NCBI GenBank assembly: GCA_963707345.1
Contig: CAVPPE010000003.1
Span: forward strand, 512,072-576,071
Source: an uncultured Chloroflexia bacterium
GTDB taxonomy: Bacteria; Chloroflexota; Anaerolineae; Promineifilales; UBA4811
Direction: 5' to 3'
DNA: 64,000 bases
The notes beneath the pieces were generated by a model. It had not been told where the DNA came from. It searched no databases and saw only the letters and a list, made by a program, of their open reading frames with translations. How positions within the stretch are numbered: the first letter of the stretch is position 1; each line of letters opens with the position of its first letter. This document shows, one piece after another, positions 27,753 to 36,815 of the stretch. The translations under genes and the position numbers were made by a program.

Positions 27753-29089
27753 GCATCCGGCCGGTCACCGACTTGATCACCAGCCTGAGCTGGGAGCGGG
27801 TGCCACCGGCCGCCCGGGAACGGGCGCGGCTGGCCTTTCTCGATACCCTGGGGGCCATGCTGGTGGGCACGCTGGCCCCGGTAGCGGGTATCACGGCCGA
27901 TATGGCGGCCGAGACCTGGCCCGGCGATGCAGCCACTATTCTGCTGACCGGCCGGCGGGCGTCGGCCGTGGGGGCCGCCTTTGCCAATGGCTATGCAGCC
28001 AACGGAATCGACATCGACGATTGCGCCCTCTACACCAAGGGGCACCCCGGCGCACAGATTGTGCCCACGGCGCTGGCACTGGCGGAGGCGTTGGGGCGCA
28101 GCGGCGCGGAGATGCTGACGGCCGTGGTGGTGGGGTACGAGGTCGCGCACCGGATGGCGCGCATCTGGCACGTCACCCACGAGGTGTACCAGGCATGCGG
28201 CTCGTGGGGCTCGGTGGCCTGCGCGGCCGTCGCCGCACATCTGCTCCGCCTTGCTCCATCCCAAACGGAGCACGCGCTGGGCATTGCCGAGTATCACGCC
28301 CCCAACCTGCCGATGATGCGGGATATTGACCATCCAACGATGGTCAAGCACGGTATTGGCTGGGGTGCGATGACCGGCATCATGGCCGCTCAACTGGCGG
28401 CCCGTGATTTTACCGGAGTCCCGTGCAGTTTGGGCTTTCCGGAGTACTCGGATTGGGTGGCGGACGTCGGCCGGTGCTATGTGATGGTGGACGGCATTGC
28501 CTGGAAGGGGTACGCGTGTTGCGCCTGGGCGCACGCCACGCTGCGGGCGGCCGAAGGGCTGGTGGCGGCGCATCCCATCCGGCCGGAGGCCATCGCCCAC
28601 GTCCGGGTGGAGCTTCCGCGCGACGGCGTCCGGCTGGGCGGCCGGCTGCCCACGACCACCGAGGAAGCGCAATTCAACGTCGCCTGGCCACTGGCGGCTT
28701 TGTTGGTGGATGGGGAGGTGGGGCCGGAGCAGGTGCTGCCCCATCGCCTGTCTGATCCCCGCTTGCAGGCGTTGGTTGGCAAGGTGGAACTGGTGGAAAC
28801 GGCCGAGCTGAACGACCTTTACCGGCGTGCGCAGCAGGGCGACCCGACCGGCCGCTATGCCAGCGTAGTCACCATCACACTGCATGACGGGCAAGCGTTC
28901 CGCTCTGGCATGGTGGAGGGCGAGATTAACTACCCGCAGGCGGGATGGGACGCGGAGCGGGTAGAAGCCAAGTTCAGTTGGCTGGGCGGCCGGGTGCTGG
29001 ATTCCGAAAGACTGGCCCAGGTGTTGTCCGTGGGGCGAAAGATGGACGGGGTCGCTACTGTGGCCGCTCTGACCGGATTGCTGCGTTAG
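27749..29089 (+). CDS. MmgE/PrpD-family protein (2-methylcitrate dehydratase-like)
   Basis: MSIRPVTDLITSLSWERVPPAARERARLAFLDTLGAMLVG is a typical PrpD-family N-terminus. ATGA overlap with paralogue 4. Confidence 0.88.
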   Translation: MSIRPVTDLITSLSWERVPPAARERARLAFLDTLGAMLVGTLAPVAGITADMAAETWPGDAATILLTGRRASAVGAAFANGYAANGIDIDDCALYTKGHPGAQIVPTALALAEALGRSGAEMLTAVVVGYEVAHRMARIWHVTHEVYQACGSWGSVACAAVAAHLLRLAPSQTEHALGIAEYHAPNLPMMRDIDHPTMVKHGIGWGAMTGIMAAQLAARDFTGVPCSLGFPEYSDWVADVGRCYVMVDGIAWKGYACCAWAHATLRAAEGLVAAHPIRPEAIAHVRVELPRDGVRLGGRLPTTTEEAQFNVAWPLAALLVDGEVGPEQVLPHRLSDPRLQALVGKVELVETAELNDLYRRAQQGDPTGRYASVVTITLHDGQAFRSGMVEGEINYPQAGWDAERVEAKFSWLGGRVLDSERLAQVLSVGRKMDGVATVAALTGLLR

Positions 29090-29195
29090 TTGCCTCGCCG
29101 CTCAAAGAGGGGTATCATCCCTTCCGCTGGAATTGTAACCATTGGGTACCTGCCCGCTGGATGAATCGCGCTGCGGCGCTAGAAATGAGGAAAGC

Positions 29196-30135
29196 GTGAA
29201 AACAGTCTTTGTCGCTCAACTCCAGGCCGGGGTGGAGCTATTTGACCAGCCCTTCCTGTTGGTGGACCTTTCCCCCCGCACGACGCGGGATGGCCGGCCG
29301 TTCATTCTCTTCAACCTTTCAGATCGGACCGGCAAAGTAAGCGCGGTCTACTGGAACGTGCCGGATGAAGTGGTGCGCGATTGCCAGCCCGGCAAGGTGG
29401 TGCTGGTGACGGGGGATGTCCGCCTGTATAACAAGCGATTGCAGGTGGTTGCGCTGGATTTGCAGCCGTACGAGCCCGAGACGATGGCCGATTTTGCCCC
29501 CGCCACCGGCCGGGACCGCGACGAGATGATCGCCGAGTTGCGGCAAGTGATTGACGGGGTTCGCCAGCCGCTGGGGCAGTTGCTGGCCGATCTGTTGCTG
29601 CAACCCGCGTTTCTGCGTCAGTACGCAGAGGCTCCGGCCGCCAAACTGATGCATCACGCCTACATTGGAGGCCTGCTGGAACACGCGCTGCGGTTGGCTG
29701 TGCTATGTGATGCGCTGGTTGAACAATACCCGGCTGTCGACCGGGATCTGCTGGTCGCCGGCGCGCTGCTGCACGACGTGGGCAAGGTCTATTCATACGA
29801 GTTCGGCTGCCAGTTTTCCCCTCACCGACGACGGCCGGCTGGTGGGCCACATCACCAACGGGGCGCTGATGGTGGACAGAGCGGCGGCCGGCATCTCGGA
29901 CTTTCCGGCCGACCTGCGGCGGGATTTGTTGCATCTCATTGTCAGCCACCATGGCACGCTGGAATGGGGGTCGCCGGTGCCCCCCCGCACCCTGGAAGCG
30001 GTGCTGCTTCATCAGGTCGATTTGCTCGACAGCCGGTTGCAGGGGTTTATGGATCACGTGGACGGCGAGCCCGGCGATGTGGAGTGGACCTCCCCCAGCC
30101 CAATGTTTGGCTACGAGTTGAAACGCAAAGTCTGA
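29196..30135 (+). pseudogene. OB-fold + HD-domain 3'-5' exoribonuclease (YhaM-like), frame broken by a 1-nt insertion near 29814-29820
   Basis: GTG start after GAGGAAAG. OB-fold N-terminus (RDGRPFILFNLSDRTGKVSAVYW). HD region HHAYIGGLLEH...GALLHDVGKVYSYEF in one frame continues as FPLTDDGRLVGHITNG...LIVSHHGTLEWGSP in the +1 frame. Confidence 0.75.
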
Positions 30136-30159
30136 GTGGGGCGGCTTTGCCGCGTCAGG

Positions 30160-30834
30160 TCACAGGATCTCGGCCAGATCGGCCGTGCAACCTAGCAACA
30201 TGTGAGCGCCAGCGCGCTCCAGTTCGCCTTGTTCCCCAAATCCACAGAGCACGCCCACGCTCCACGCGCCGGCGCGCCGGGCGGCCTGGATGTCCACCGG
30301 CGTGTCTCCCACCATCAGACAACGCTCGATGGGCACCCGCAGCTTGGTGGCTGCCAGTTGTAGCGGCGCAGGGTGTGGCTTGATGCGGCGCGTGTGCTGC
30401 CGGCCGATCATGGCCTCCAGGTGGGTTGTAATCTCTGGGTGGGCGGTTTGCAGAGCGGTGAGGTGGCGCGTGCTACGGGTGGTGACCAGCGCCAATTTGT
30501 ATCGGCCGGCCAGTTCAGCCAGCATTTGCGGCACACCGTCGATCGGGTGGTAATTGGTTGGACCCTGGCTCCCGCGCCGAGCGTGCCAGCGAGCACTGGC
30601 GGCCGTCAGCGGACCATCCAGCCCCAGCCGGTCCAGCAGGGAGAAAGCGGTGTTGACAGGGGTTTCGGCTTGCATCATTAGCCAGCGGGCCAGCGGCCGG
30701 GGAGACCGGGCGGGGAACAAGGCGCGAAAGACACTCAGGCGGGCTGCCAGGCGGTCCACCGCCGCGTCATCCGTGTCCACCAGTGTCCCGTCCAGGTCGA
30801 ACAGGATGGCGTCGATGTTGGCGGGGTCAATCAT
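30160..30834 (-). CDS. HAD-superfamily hydrolase (phosphoglycolate phosphatase-like)
   Basis: Motif I ILFDLDGTLVDTD and motif IV MVGDTPVDIQAARRAG. ATG at 30834 forms an ATGA overlap with the upstream gene. Confidence 0.85.
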   Translation of the reverse strand: MIDPANIDAILFDLDGTLVDTDDAAVDRLAARLSVFRALFPARSPRPLARWLMMQAETPVNTAFSLLDRLGLDGPLTAASARWHARRGSQGPTNYHPIDGVPQMLAELAGRYKLALVTTRSTRHLTALQTAHPEITTHLEAMIGRQHTRRIKPHPAPLQLAATKLRVPIERCLMVGDTPVDIQAARRAGAWSVGVLCGFGEQGELERAGAHMLLGCTADLAEIL

Positions 30835-31478
30835 CCGGCCAACAGCGCAAGCAGCAGGGTGGAAACCGCGGGGATGGTCAGGTTGTCCAATCCCCACGGC
30901 GAGACAGCCTCAACCAGCGTGGCTCCGAGGGCGGTCGCCAGTGCCAGTCCCAAGGGGCCGGCCACATTGAAAATGGCCAGCGCCAACGCGGTGGCTACGG
31001 CGCTGGCTGTAAGCATGGCGAGGCTGCCCTCCAGCGTGCGGGTGGAGCCCAGCACGGTATACCTCCGCCGGCCGAATCGCCGGCCGATGACGGCTGCCAG
31101 CGCGTCACCCCAGGTCAGCGGCATCAGCGCACCCACCAGCAACCCCGGCCGGTCCCAAAACAGCCAGATGATGACCACAAACGCGAGCGGAAAGTAGACT
31201 GTGCCCAGGTTGGAGCGGTCGGAGCTGGTCATGGCCTGCAATACGCCGTACTTCCAGTCGAGCAAGTTGATGAGGATAAAAGCGGCCGGTGGGATGATCG
31301 CCCATTGTCGTTCTTGAAAAATGAGCACGGCGATAAAGCTGTACATCCCCACCGCAAGGTGGATGAACTTGCGAGTAAAGTCGGGGCTATAGTTGCGCCA
31401 GCGGCGCAATCCTTCCCCGATGCCGATCACGGTGAGCACGTAGGCAAAGGAAAGCAGAATGGCAAGCCAGGGCGGCAT
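30831..31478 (-). CDS. Integral membrane CTP-dependent polyprenol/phytol kinase-like protein (CTP_transf_1 / DGK1-VTE5 family)
   Basis: 215 aa, multi-TM. WGDALAAVIGRRFGRRRY...RTLEGSLAM motif. Confidence 0.7.
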   Translation of the reverse strand: MPPWLAILLSFAYVLTVIGIGEGLRRWRNYSPDFTRKFIHLAVGMYSFIAVLIFQERQWAIIPPAAFILINLLDWKYGVLQAMTSSDRSNLGTVYFPLAFVVIIWLFWDRPGLLVGALMPLTWGDALAAVIGRRFGRRRYTVLGSTRTLEGSLAMLTASAVATALALAIFNVAGPLGLALATALGATLVEAVSPWGLDNLTIPAVSTLLLALLAG

Positions 31479-31489
31479 GTGGATCTCCT

Positions 31490-32425
31490 CTAAAGTCGCA
31501 GGTGTTCGTACAGCATGTCCAGGGTCAGGTCTGGCACCACAGTCTGGTCGCTGGCAATCGTCAGGCTGGCAGCCGAGCAGCCCAGGTGCATGGCCTGGGA
31601 GGCCGGGATATCATTGAGCAGGGCAAAGATGACGGCCGCGGTCAGGGCATCGCCCGCGCCGGTGAGGTCCACCACCTCGGTGTGCACGGCCGGCACGCGC
31701 CCGCTTTCATCCACGGTTGCGTAGCAGAGCCCGTGTTCCGCCATGGTGATGACGGCGATTTCCACACCCAGCGATACCAGTTTTTTGGCGGCCGCCAGCG
31801 CCGCCTCTGTGTCGCCGTCCGGGATGGGCAAATCGCACAACGTTTGAGCTTCCTGGGTGTTGGGCACAATCAGCAGCAGGTCGCGCAGATAGGGGCGCAG
31901 GCGAGTGGCCAAACCGGCCGCCGTCGGATCGGCGCAGATGGGTAGCTGGTATTGGCGGGCCAATCGGAAGATGGTCTTGAGCGTGGAGCGGGGTAGATTG
32001 GCATCCACTACCACCATGGCTGCGTCGCGGAAAAGGCGGCGTTTTCCATAGATGTAGCTGGCGCGGATAGCGGCTGCGATGCGTGTGTCGTCCATGCCGT
32101 ACTGCAAGGCCCCGCTCTGGTCCAAAAAGGCCATGTACGCACCGGTAGGTTTGCCGGTTTCCACCATTATGTGGGTGGTATCGATGCCGGCTTCGGCCGC
32201 CTGAAAGAGGATGCGTTGACCGGAGCGGTCGTCGCCCACCGCCGAGAGCAGGATGGTGGGCACTCCCAGCCGGGACAGGTTTTCGGCAATGTTGCGCGCC
32301 ACGCCACCCACGCTGGCGCGGATTGTGCCACGGATGGAAGTGCCCTGCTGCAACGCTTCGGCCGCGCGCCCTTTCATGTCCAGGCAGGAAGTTCCAATTA
32401 CCAGGACGTATGGTTCACTCATCAA
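31490..32425 (-). CDS. PfkB-family carbohydrate/nucleoside kinase (pseudouridine/ribokinase-like)
   Basis: VLVIGTSCLDMKG...GGVARNIAENLSRLG and the C-terminal DLTGAGDALTAAVIFAL signature. Confidence 0.85.
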   Translation of the reverse strand: MMSEPYVLVIGTSCLDMKGRAAEALQQGTSIRGTIRASVGGVARNIAENLSRLGVPTILLSAVGDDRSGQRILFQAAEAGIDTTHIMVETGKPTGAYMAFLDQSGALQYGMDDTRIAAAIRASYIYGKRRLFRDAAMVVVDANLPRSTLKTIFRLARQYQLPICADPTAAGLATRLRPYLRDLLLIVPNTQEAQTLCDLPIPDGDTEAALAAAKKLVSLGVEIAVITMAEHGLCYATVDESGRVPAVHTEVVDLTGAGDALTAAVIFALLNDIPASQAMHLGCSAASLTIASDQTVVPDLTLDMLYEHLRL

Positions 32426-32457
32426 ACACCTCCGGCCGGTATGGGGATTCTGCCGGT

Positions 32458-33303
32458 TTATTCTGTCGGTTCGGCAGGCTTGGCTTGCAGCGCCTCTAGC
32501 CGCTGGACAGCCGCCTCGATCAGGCGCGCTGCCAGGGTTGTTTTACGGCTGATGGCGTCGATTGCGTTCTGCGCAGCGCCAGCCGCGCGAGCGGAGTACA
32601 TGGCCTGTTCGGCCGCTTTGGCCGCCAGCATGGAAGCTTTTTCTGTCCGAATTAGCAGTTGTTCGAGTTTGTCCGTCAACTCGTGCAGCCGCTTTTCGGT
32701 GGAGGCCAGCCGGTCCTCGGTGTCAGCCAGCCGGTTCAGCAGCCCGACAATCTTGGGATCGCCGAGGGTTTCGTGGCGCAGCAGCGTCTCGTGGTCCTTC
32801 TTGAGCAGGACGTGGATGCTCTTTAGATCCTTGAAAAGCTGGTCGCGGTCTGCCTTGGGCAGCGAGCTGCGTGTCTCGGCCTCATCCAATTCCTGCTCGA
32901 TGCAGCCCAGCGCCGATTGGTAGTGCCGCAGCGCGGTGGACCACTCGCCGGGAAGATGCTCCAGCACCATGCCCATGGACCAGTAGGCAATGCCCTCGTT
33001 ACGCAGGCCGCCGGGCTGTCCGCCGGCCAAAGTAAAATGCATGCGCGCCTGCCCAAAAGCCTCCAGCGCATCCTGGTAATGGTGCGGGCCCAGCAGGCGA
33101 AAGATTTCACCCAGTTGGCAGGCAATGATCCCCTGGTGGGCGTGTTGCCCGTGCGCTTCTACCTTTTTGATGAATTCGCGGCACAAGCGGATTGCATCCT
33201 GTTGGCGATGGCTGGCACGTGCCTCCTGGATGCGGACCAAAAGCTGTGCCAGTTGGTCATCGTCGGGGATGGTAAGCCATGAGATCGTATAGTCTGCTTG
33301 CAT
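32458..33303 (-). CDS. Hypothetical protein: helical-repeat N-terminal half and coiled-coil C-terminal half
   Basis: 281-aa ORF with a strong GGAGGAGGG RBS, 3 nt downstream of the SPFH gene stop. The C-terminus has heptad-like LADTEDRLASTEKRLHELTDKLEQLLIRTEKA. Confidence 0.6.
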   Translation of the reverse strand: MQADYTISWLTIPDDDQLAQLLVRIQEARASHRQQDAIRLCREFIKKVEAHGQHAHQGIIACQLGEIFRLLGPHHYQDALEAFGQARMHFTLAGGQPGGLRNEGIAYWSMGMVLEHLPGEWSTALRHYQSALGCIEQELDEAETRSSLPKADRDQLFKDLKSIHVLLKKDHETLLRHETLGDPKIVGLLNRLADTEDRLASTEKRLHELTDKLEQLLIRTEKASMLAAKAAEQAMYSARAAGAAQNAIDAISRKTTLAARLIEAAVQRLEALQAKPAEPTE

Positions 33304-33306
33304 TGA

Positions 33307-34740
33307 TTAACCCTCCTCCGGCTGTGTGCGCCCGCCCTGGATGGTCTTGCGCAGTTGGCTGAGGCTGTGATCTAGTTGTTGTGCATGGTCTTCCCGGCCG
33401 GACTGACGATAAAGCTGTTCCAGGCTGTCGATCAGGCGCAGGGCCAGCAGTTGTTTGGGCGGGACGGATGGCGTTGCTTGCCGGGATGCCTGAAAGCTGG
33501 CGACCAGGGCCTGGATGATTTGTTGCTGCGCCTGCGCTCGCGCCCGGCCGATCTGCCGGATGGCGGAGGCACGACCCTCGGCCTCGCGTGCCCGGTCGCG
33601 GCGCTGTCGCTCCGCCCGCCAGAATTCAACGTACTGTTCGGTGATAGCGGGGCTGAGTTGGAATTCCCCAAGCCAAACCTCGGTGACCTCGATCCCGGCC
33701 GGCTCCATCATCTGGCGGATTCTTGCCCTTACTTCATCCTGGATTGCCAGGCGGGGATCGGCCGAGTTGTCCAGCGGCTCGAAGACTTCGTCCAGGCGGT
33801 ATTTGGCCACTACCACGTTGAGTGTGCCAGGGGCCAGGTTGATGGCGCGGTCTTCCCAAGGCCGCGGGCCGCTTTTGGTAAACATGGTGGTGCGGGACAG
33901 AAGGTTGACCGCTTTTTCATCAAAGGCAAAGGGTTTTCTGGCCGAGGGTGGGGGTGGCTCTGCTGGCTGCCGGATGCGGCTGTGGACCGTGACCTCCACG
34001 GTGACGGGGATGCCATCGCGGGTGAGGGCGATGACGGTGGCGCTGCGGACGATTTGCCGCAGGTTGATGACCTTGTACACGCGCTCAAAGCGGTGGAGGC
34101 GGGCCACGCTGGGGCCGACCACCCGGCTCAACCGGCCGCCCCGTTCCAGTTGCGCTGCGTGTTCGGGTGGGATGATGACGTTGCCCGGGCCACCGGCCCA
34201 GGCGATAGTGCGATTGCGGGCGCGGCCGCCGGCCGGGGTGAGTACCCCGTCCTTGATCATGGCTACTCGGCCGGGCCCCTGCCCCCGCCCAAAGCCGGGG
34301 GGCAGGATCTGCTCTTCGTCGCGCGGGTCAAGAAAATAGAAAGATGGGTCAACCATGGCGTCAAAGAGGTATTCCAACGCTACAAAGTAGTTGTCCATGC
34401 CGTAAAGCCGCTGCACAAAGCGTGCTGCCCCCAAAAAGGGAATGACCGCCATCAGATTGATGGGGAGCAGGTAGCGCAAGACATCCCAGTTGAGGAAGGT
34501 GCCGATCAGGGTCATGACCATGCGAACCAGCGGCCGTGCCAGCAAGGGTGCCATGGTGAGGTAGGCGTCCCACGGCCATTGAGTCAGGTCCGGTTGTGGT
34601 TTGCCGTTTACCTGCCAGGCCAGCCAGAAAGCCAGCAAGTTGAGTGCCGCCAGCAAAGCCACTTTGACTATCAGGGACCCCGCCCTTTCCTGAACCCACA
34701 GGCGGCGGCTTTCTTCAGCGCGAGGGCGCGATTCTGTCAT
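33307..34740 (-). CDS. Divergent SPFH/band-7-like membrane protein (paralogue B)
   Basis: 477 aa with N-terminal TM helices. Core VVGPSVARLHRFERVYKVINLRQIVRSATVIALTRDGIPVTVEVTV resembles an SPFH beta-sheet. Long helical C-terminal tail. ATGA overlap with the upstream paralogue. Confidence 0.7.
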   Translation of the reverse strand: MTESRPRAEESRRLWVQERAGSLIVKVALLAALNLLAFWLAWQVNGKPQPDLTQWPWDAYLTMAPLLARPLVRMVMTLIGTFLNWDVLRYLLPINLMAVIPFLGAARFVQRLYGMDNYFVALEYLFDAMVDPSFYFLDPRDEEQILPPGFGRGQGPGRVAMIKDGVLTPAGGRARNRTIAWAGGPGNVIIPPEHAAQLERGGRLSRVVGPSVARLHRFERVYKVINLRQIVRSATVIALTRDGIPVTVEVTVHSRIRQPAEPPPPSARKPFAFDEKAVNLLSRTTMFTKSGPRPWEDRAINLAPGTLNVVVAKYRLDEVFEPLDNSADPRLAIQDEVRARIRQMMEPAGIEVTEVWLGEFQLSPAITEQYVEFWRAERQRRDRAREAEGRASAIRQIGRARAQAQQQIIQALVASFQASRQATPSVPPKQLLALRLIDSLEQLYRQSGREDHAQQLDHSLSQLRKTIQGGRTQPEEG

Positions 34741-36011
34741 AGCAGGTCTTGCTCCTCAAGCCAGTTGCGCATGGCCAGCATGGCATCCAGTGTCTCCTTG
34801 GGGATGTGCGGTTGCAGCAGCGGGTCGGCCGACATGGATTCCACCGCGTTCAACAGTTGCCAGGTGACCAGGTCGGCTGGCTCAATGCCCGCCAGTCCCT
34901 GGGCGGCCGAGAGCCCGTTGATGAGGCCCTGCACCATTTCCCACTGGGCCGCCGCTTCGGCCGACCGCTGGATGCGCTCCGCTTCAGCATCTCCAATTGC
35001 GCGCGTACTTTCTGCACGGGCAGCCCATTCCTTTTGCCAGGTGGCAATGCGTTGTTCCAACACCGAATCGGGGAAGGTGAGGGTGCCAAAGCCAGCCGCA
35101 ACCAACTCAATCCCGCGCTGCGTCAGATCGTTGCGCACGGCCGTCGATAGCAGTGACGCGAGAGCCAACCGCGGGGTTTGCTCTGGCGAGGTGGGGGCAA
35201 ACAACTGATCCAACCGGAAGCGGGCCATGATCTCCCGAAAGCGCGACACCGCTACCTGCAGGGCATAGTCGTCCCAGTGGTAGAGAGTATTCTCCGCTGT
35301 AGTTCCTTCCCGGCCGTAGACCACCCGGTGGACGGTTTCCCCTGACCATGGAAAATCATCTGACGCGCTGGTTGCGGTACTGGGCTGGATGCGAAACAGG
35401 CAAAAGACCATTGCTTCCAGCGGCACCCCATCCTTGGTGCTGGCCTTGACTTGGCTGGTGCGAATCTGTGTGTGCAGGTCCACCGGCGTTTTAATGCGCT
35501 CAAAGCGCCGGAGAAAATTGATCCCCGGTCCCACGACTCGCGAAAACATGGTTGCAGTTTGAAGCACGACCGCGTTGCCCACGCCCACCAGTATTACGCC
35601 TGTGCCCCATCGGGGGACCATGCTGGCGCGAACATCCCGCACGACCCTGTTGCCATCTACAACATAGCTGGTGAGGTGAAAGTTGAACAGGTAGGATGCC
35701 AGTGCCTGGGCAGCGCGCAGCCAACTGACCCCTTTGATGATGGGAAAGAGCGAGCGGGAGACCATGGTCAGGGAGACGGCAAAGAAGACCAGCGCCAGGG
35801 TTGGCGTCAGCAGGGCGCCCCCAAGCCCATTCCAGCGGCCGGCGATGATGGAAAGATACGCACACGCTGCTGACAGGATGGAGAGGCGAATCCAGGCTTC
35901 ACTTCGGCCGAAAAAGGGGCGGCCCAAAAACAGCACAAGCGCCGGCACGAGCGCCGCAATAGCCACAACCAGGAATTCCAGCCACTTCATTTCCGGTTTG
36001 CCTGACCCCAA
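34737..36011 (-). CDS. Divergent SPFH/band-7-like membrane protein (paralogue A)
   Basis: 424 aa with 3-4 N-terminal TM helices. Core VVGPGINFLRRFERIKTPVDLHTQIRTSQVKASTKDGVPLEAMV parallels paralogue B. Alternative ATG start at 35990. Confidence 0.7.
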   Translation of the reverse strand: MGSGKPEMKWLEFLVVAIAALVPALVLFLGRPFFGRSEAWIRLSILSAACAYLSIIAGRWNGLGGALLTPTLALVFFAVSLTMVSRSLFPIIKGVSWLRAAQALASYLFNFHLTSYVVDGNRVVRDVRASMVPRWGTGVILVGVGNAVVLQTATMFSRVVGPGINFLRRFERIKTPVDLHTQIRTSQVKASTKDGVPLEAMVFCLFRIQPSTATSASDDFPWSGETVHRVVYGREGTTAENTLYHWDDYALQVAVSRFREIMARFRLDQLFAPTSPEQTPRLALASLLSTAVRNDLTQRGIELVAAGFGTLTFPDSVLEQRIATWQKEWAARAESTRAIGDAEAERIQRSAEAAAQWEMVQGLINGLSAAQGLAGIEPADLVTWQLLNAVESMSADPLLQPHIPKETLDAMLAMRNWLEEQDLL

Positions 36012-36041
36012 AATTCTTTTCCGAAATGTGACATTGCCAAG

Positions 36042-36815
36042 TTACTCTACCACATTTTGCAGGAAAGGAAAAGCAGCTTGGCGTACGCCATCGCACAGAA
36101 AGACACGCGCACCGCTGTCTCGATACCCTAATCCGGCCGCCAGCCGCCAGGATGCCTCGTTCCCATCAGCCATCGTGTAGAGAGGGGTCACCCTGTGTTC
36201 CAGCAGCCAGTTGCTCAGAGCCGATACTACGCTGCGGCCAAACCCACGGCCGCGAACTTTGGGATCGGTATTGACATAAATGTCCGCAAACGCGGGGGAG
36301 CGCCAGTTGACCCCGGCCGTGGACAGCGTCGGCCCCACCGGCCGGGCACCGCGGTCAAAGCTCTGTCCCCGGATGACAAAGCGCGGGTCGCCGCCGGGCG
36401 TTGGCGCCCGGGTCACCAGCACATTGATCACCGGCCGCAAGTCGCCCGGTTTGAGCTGGTAGATACTGGCCAGCGTTTCTCCGCTGACTGCAAAAAAAGC
36501 CTCGATCACCGGCCGCAGATTGGCGGGAACAGCAATGATGACAGCCGCCTCCGGAGGCAGGGCGCTGGTGAGCAACTCGGCCGCCACCTCAGGTTTCTCT
36601 GCGCGCAGGGTGAGCAGCGGCCGGAACAGGTCCATCCCGGTCTGGCTGAGCGCGAGAAAACCGTCGGGCCGCTCGCTCGAATCACGGTGGACCAGCAGCG
36701 TGGTGCGCTGGTCCGGGTGATGGAAGGCATAGTAGGATGCCAGTGCATCGGCTGGGGCTTGGGGGTCCAGCAAGTGGCGGATAGCCTGCCGCTTGAGAGC
36801 CAGGTTTTCGCTCAT
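36042..36815 (-). CDS. GNAT-family N-acetyltransferase
   Basis: C-terminal acetyl-CoA-binding motif VRGRGFGRSVVSALSNWLL...GNEASWRLAAGLGY. Confidence 0.7.
   Translation of the reverse strand: MSENLALKRQAIRHLLDPQAPADALASYYAFHHPDQRTTLLVHRDSSERPDGFLALSQTGMDLFRPLLTLRAEKPEVAAELLTSALPPEAAVIIAVPANLRPVIEAFFAVSGETLASIYQLKPGDLRPVINVLVTRAPTPGGDPRFVIRGQSFDRGARPVGPTLSTAGVNWRSPAFADIYVNTDPKVRGRGFGRSVVSALSNWLLEHRVTPLYTMADGNEASWRLAAGLGYRDSGARVFLCDGVRQAAFPFLQNVVE

Noticed and set aside
21822-29820. Programmed +1 ribosomal frameshifting at the three broken genes
   Set aside because: The slippery-looking contexts are simply what a homopolymer insertion produces. There is no rare or stop codon in the 0-frame A-site, no upstream SD-like stimulator that I could see, and the three genes are functionally unrelated. 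Sequencing error or recent mutation is more parsimonious.
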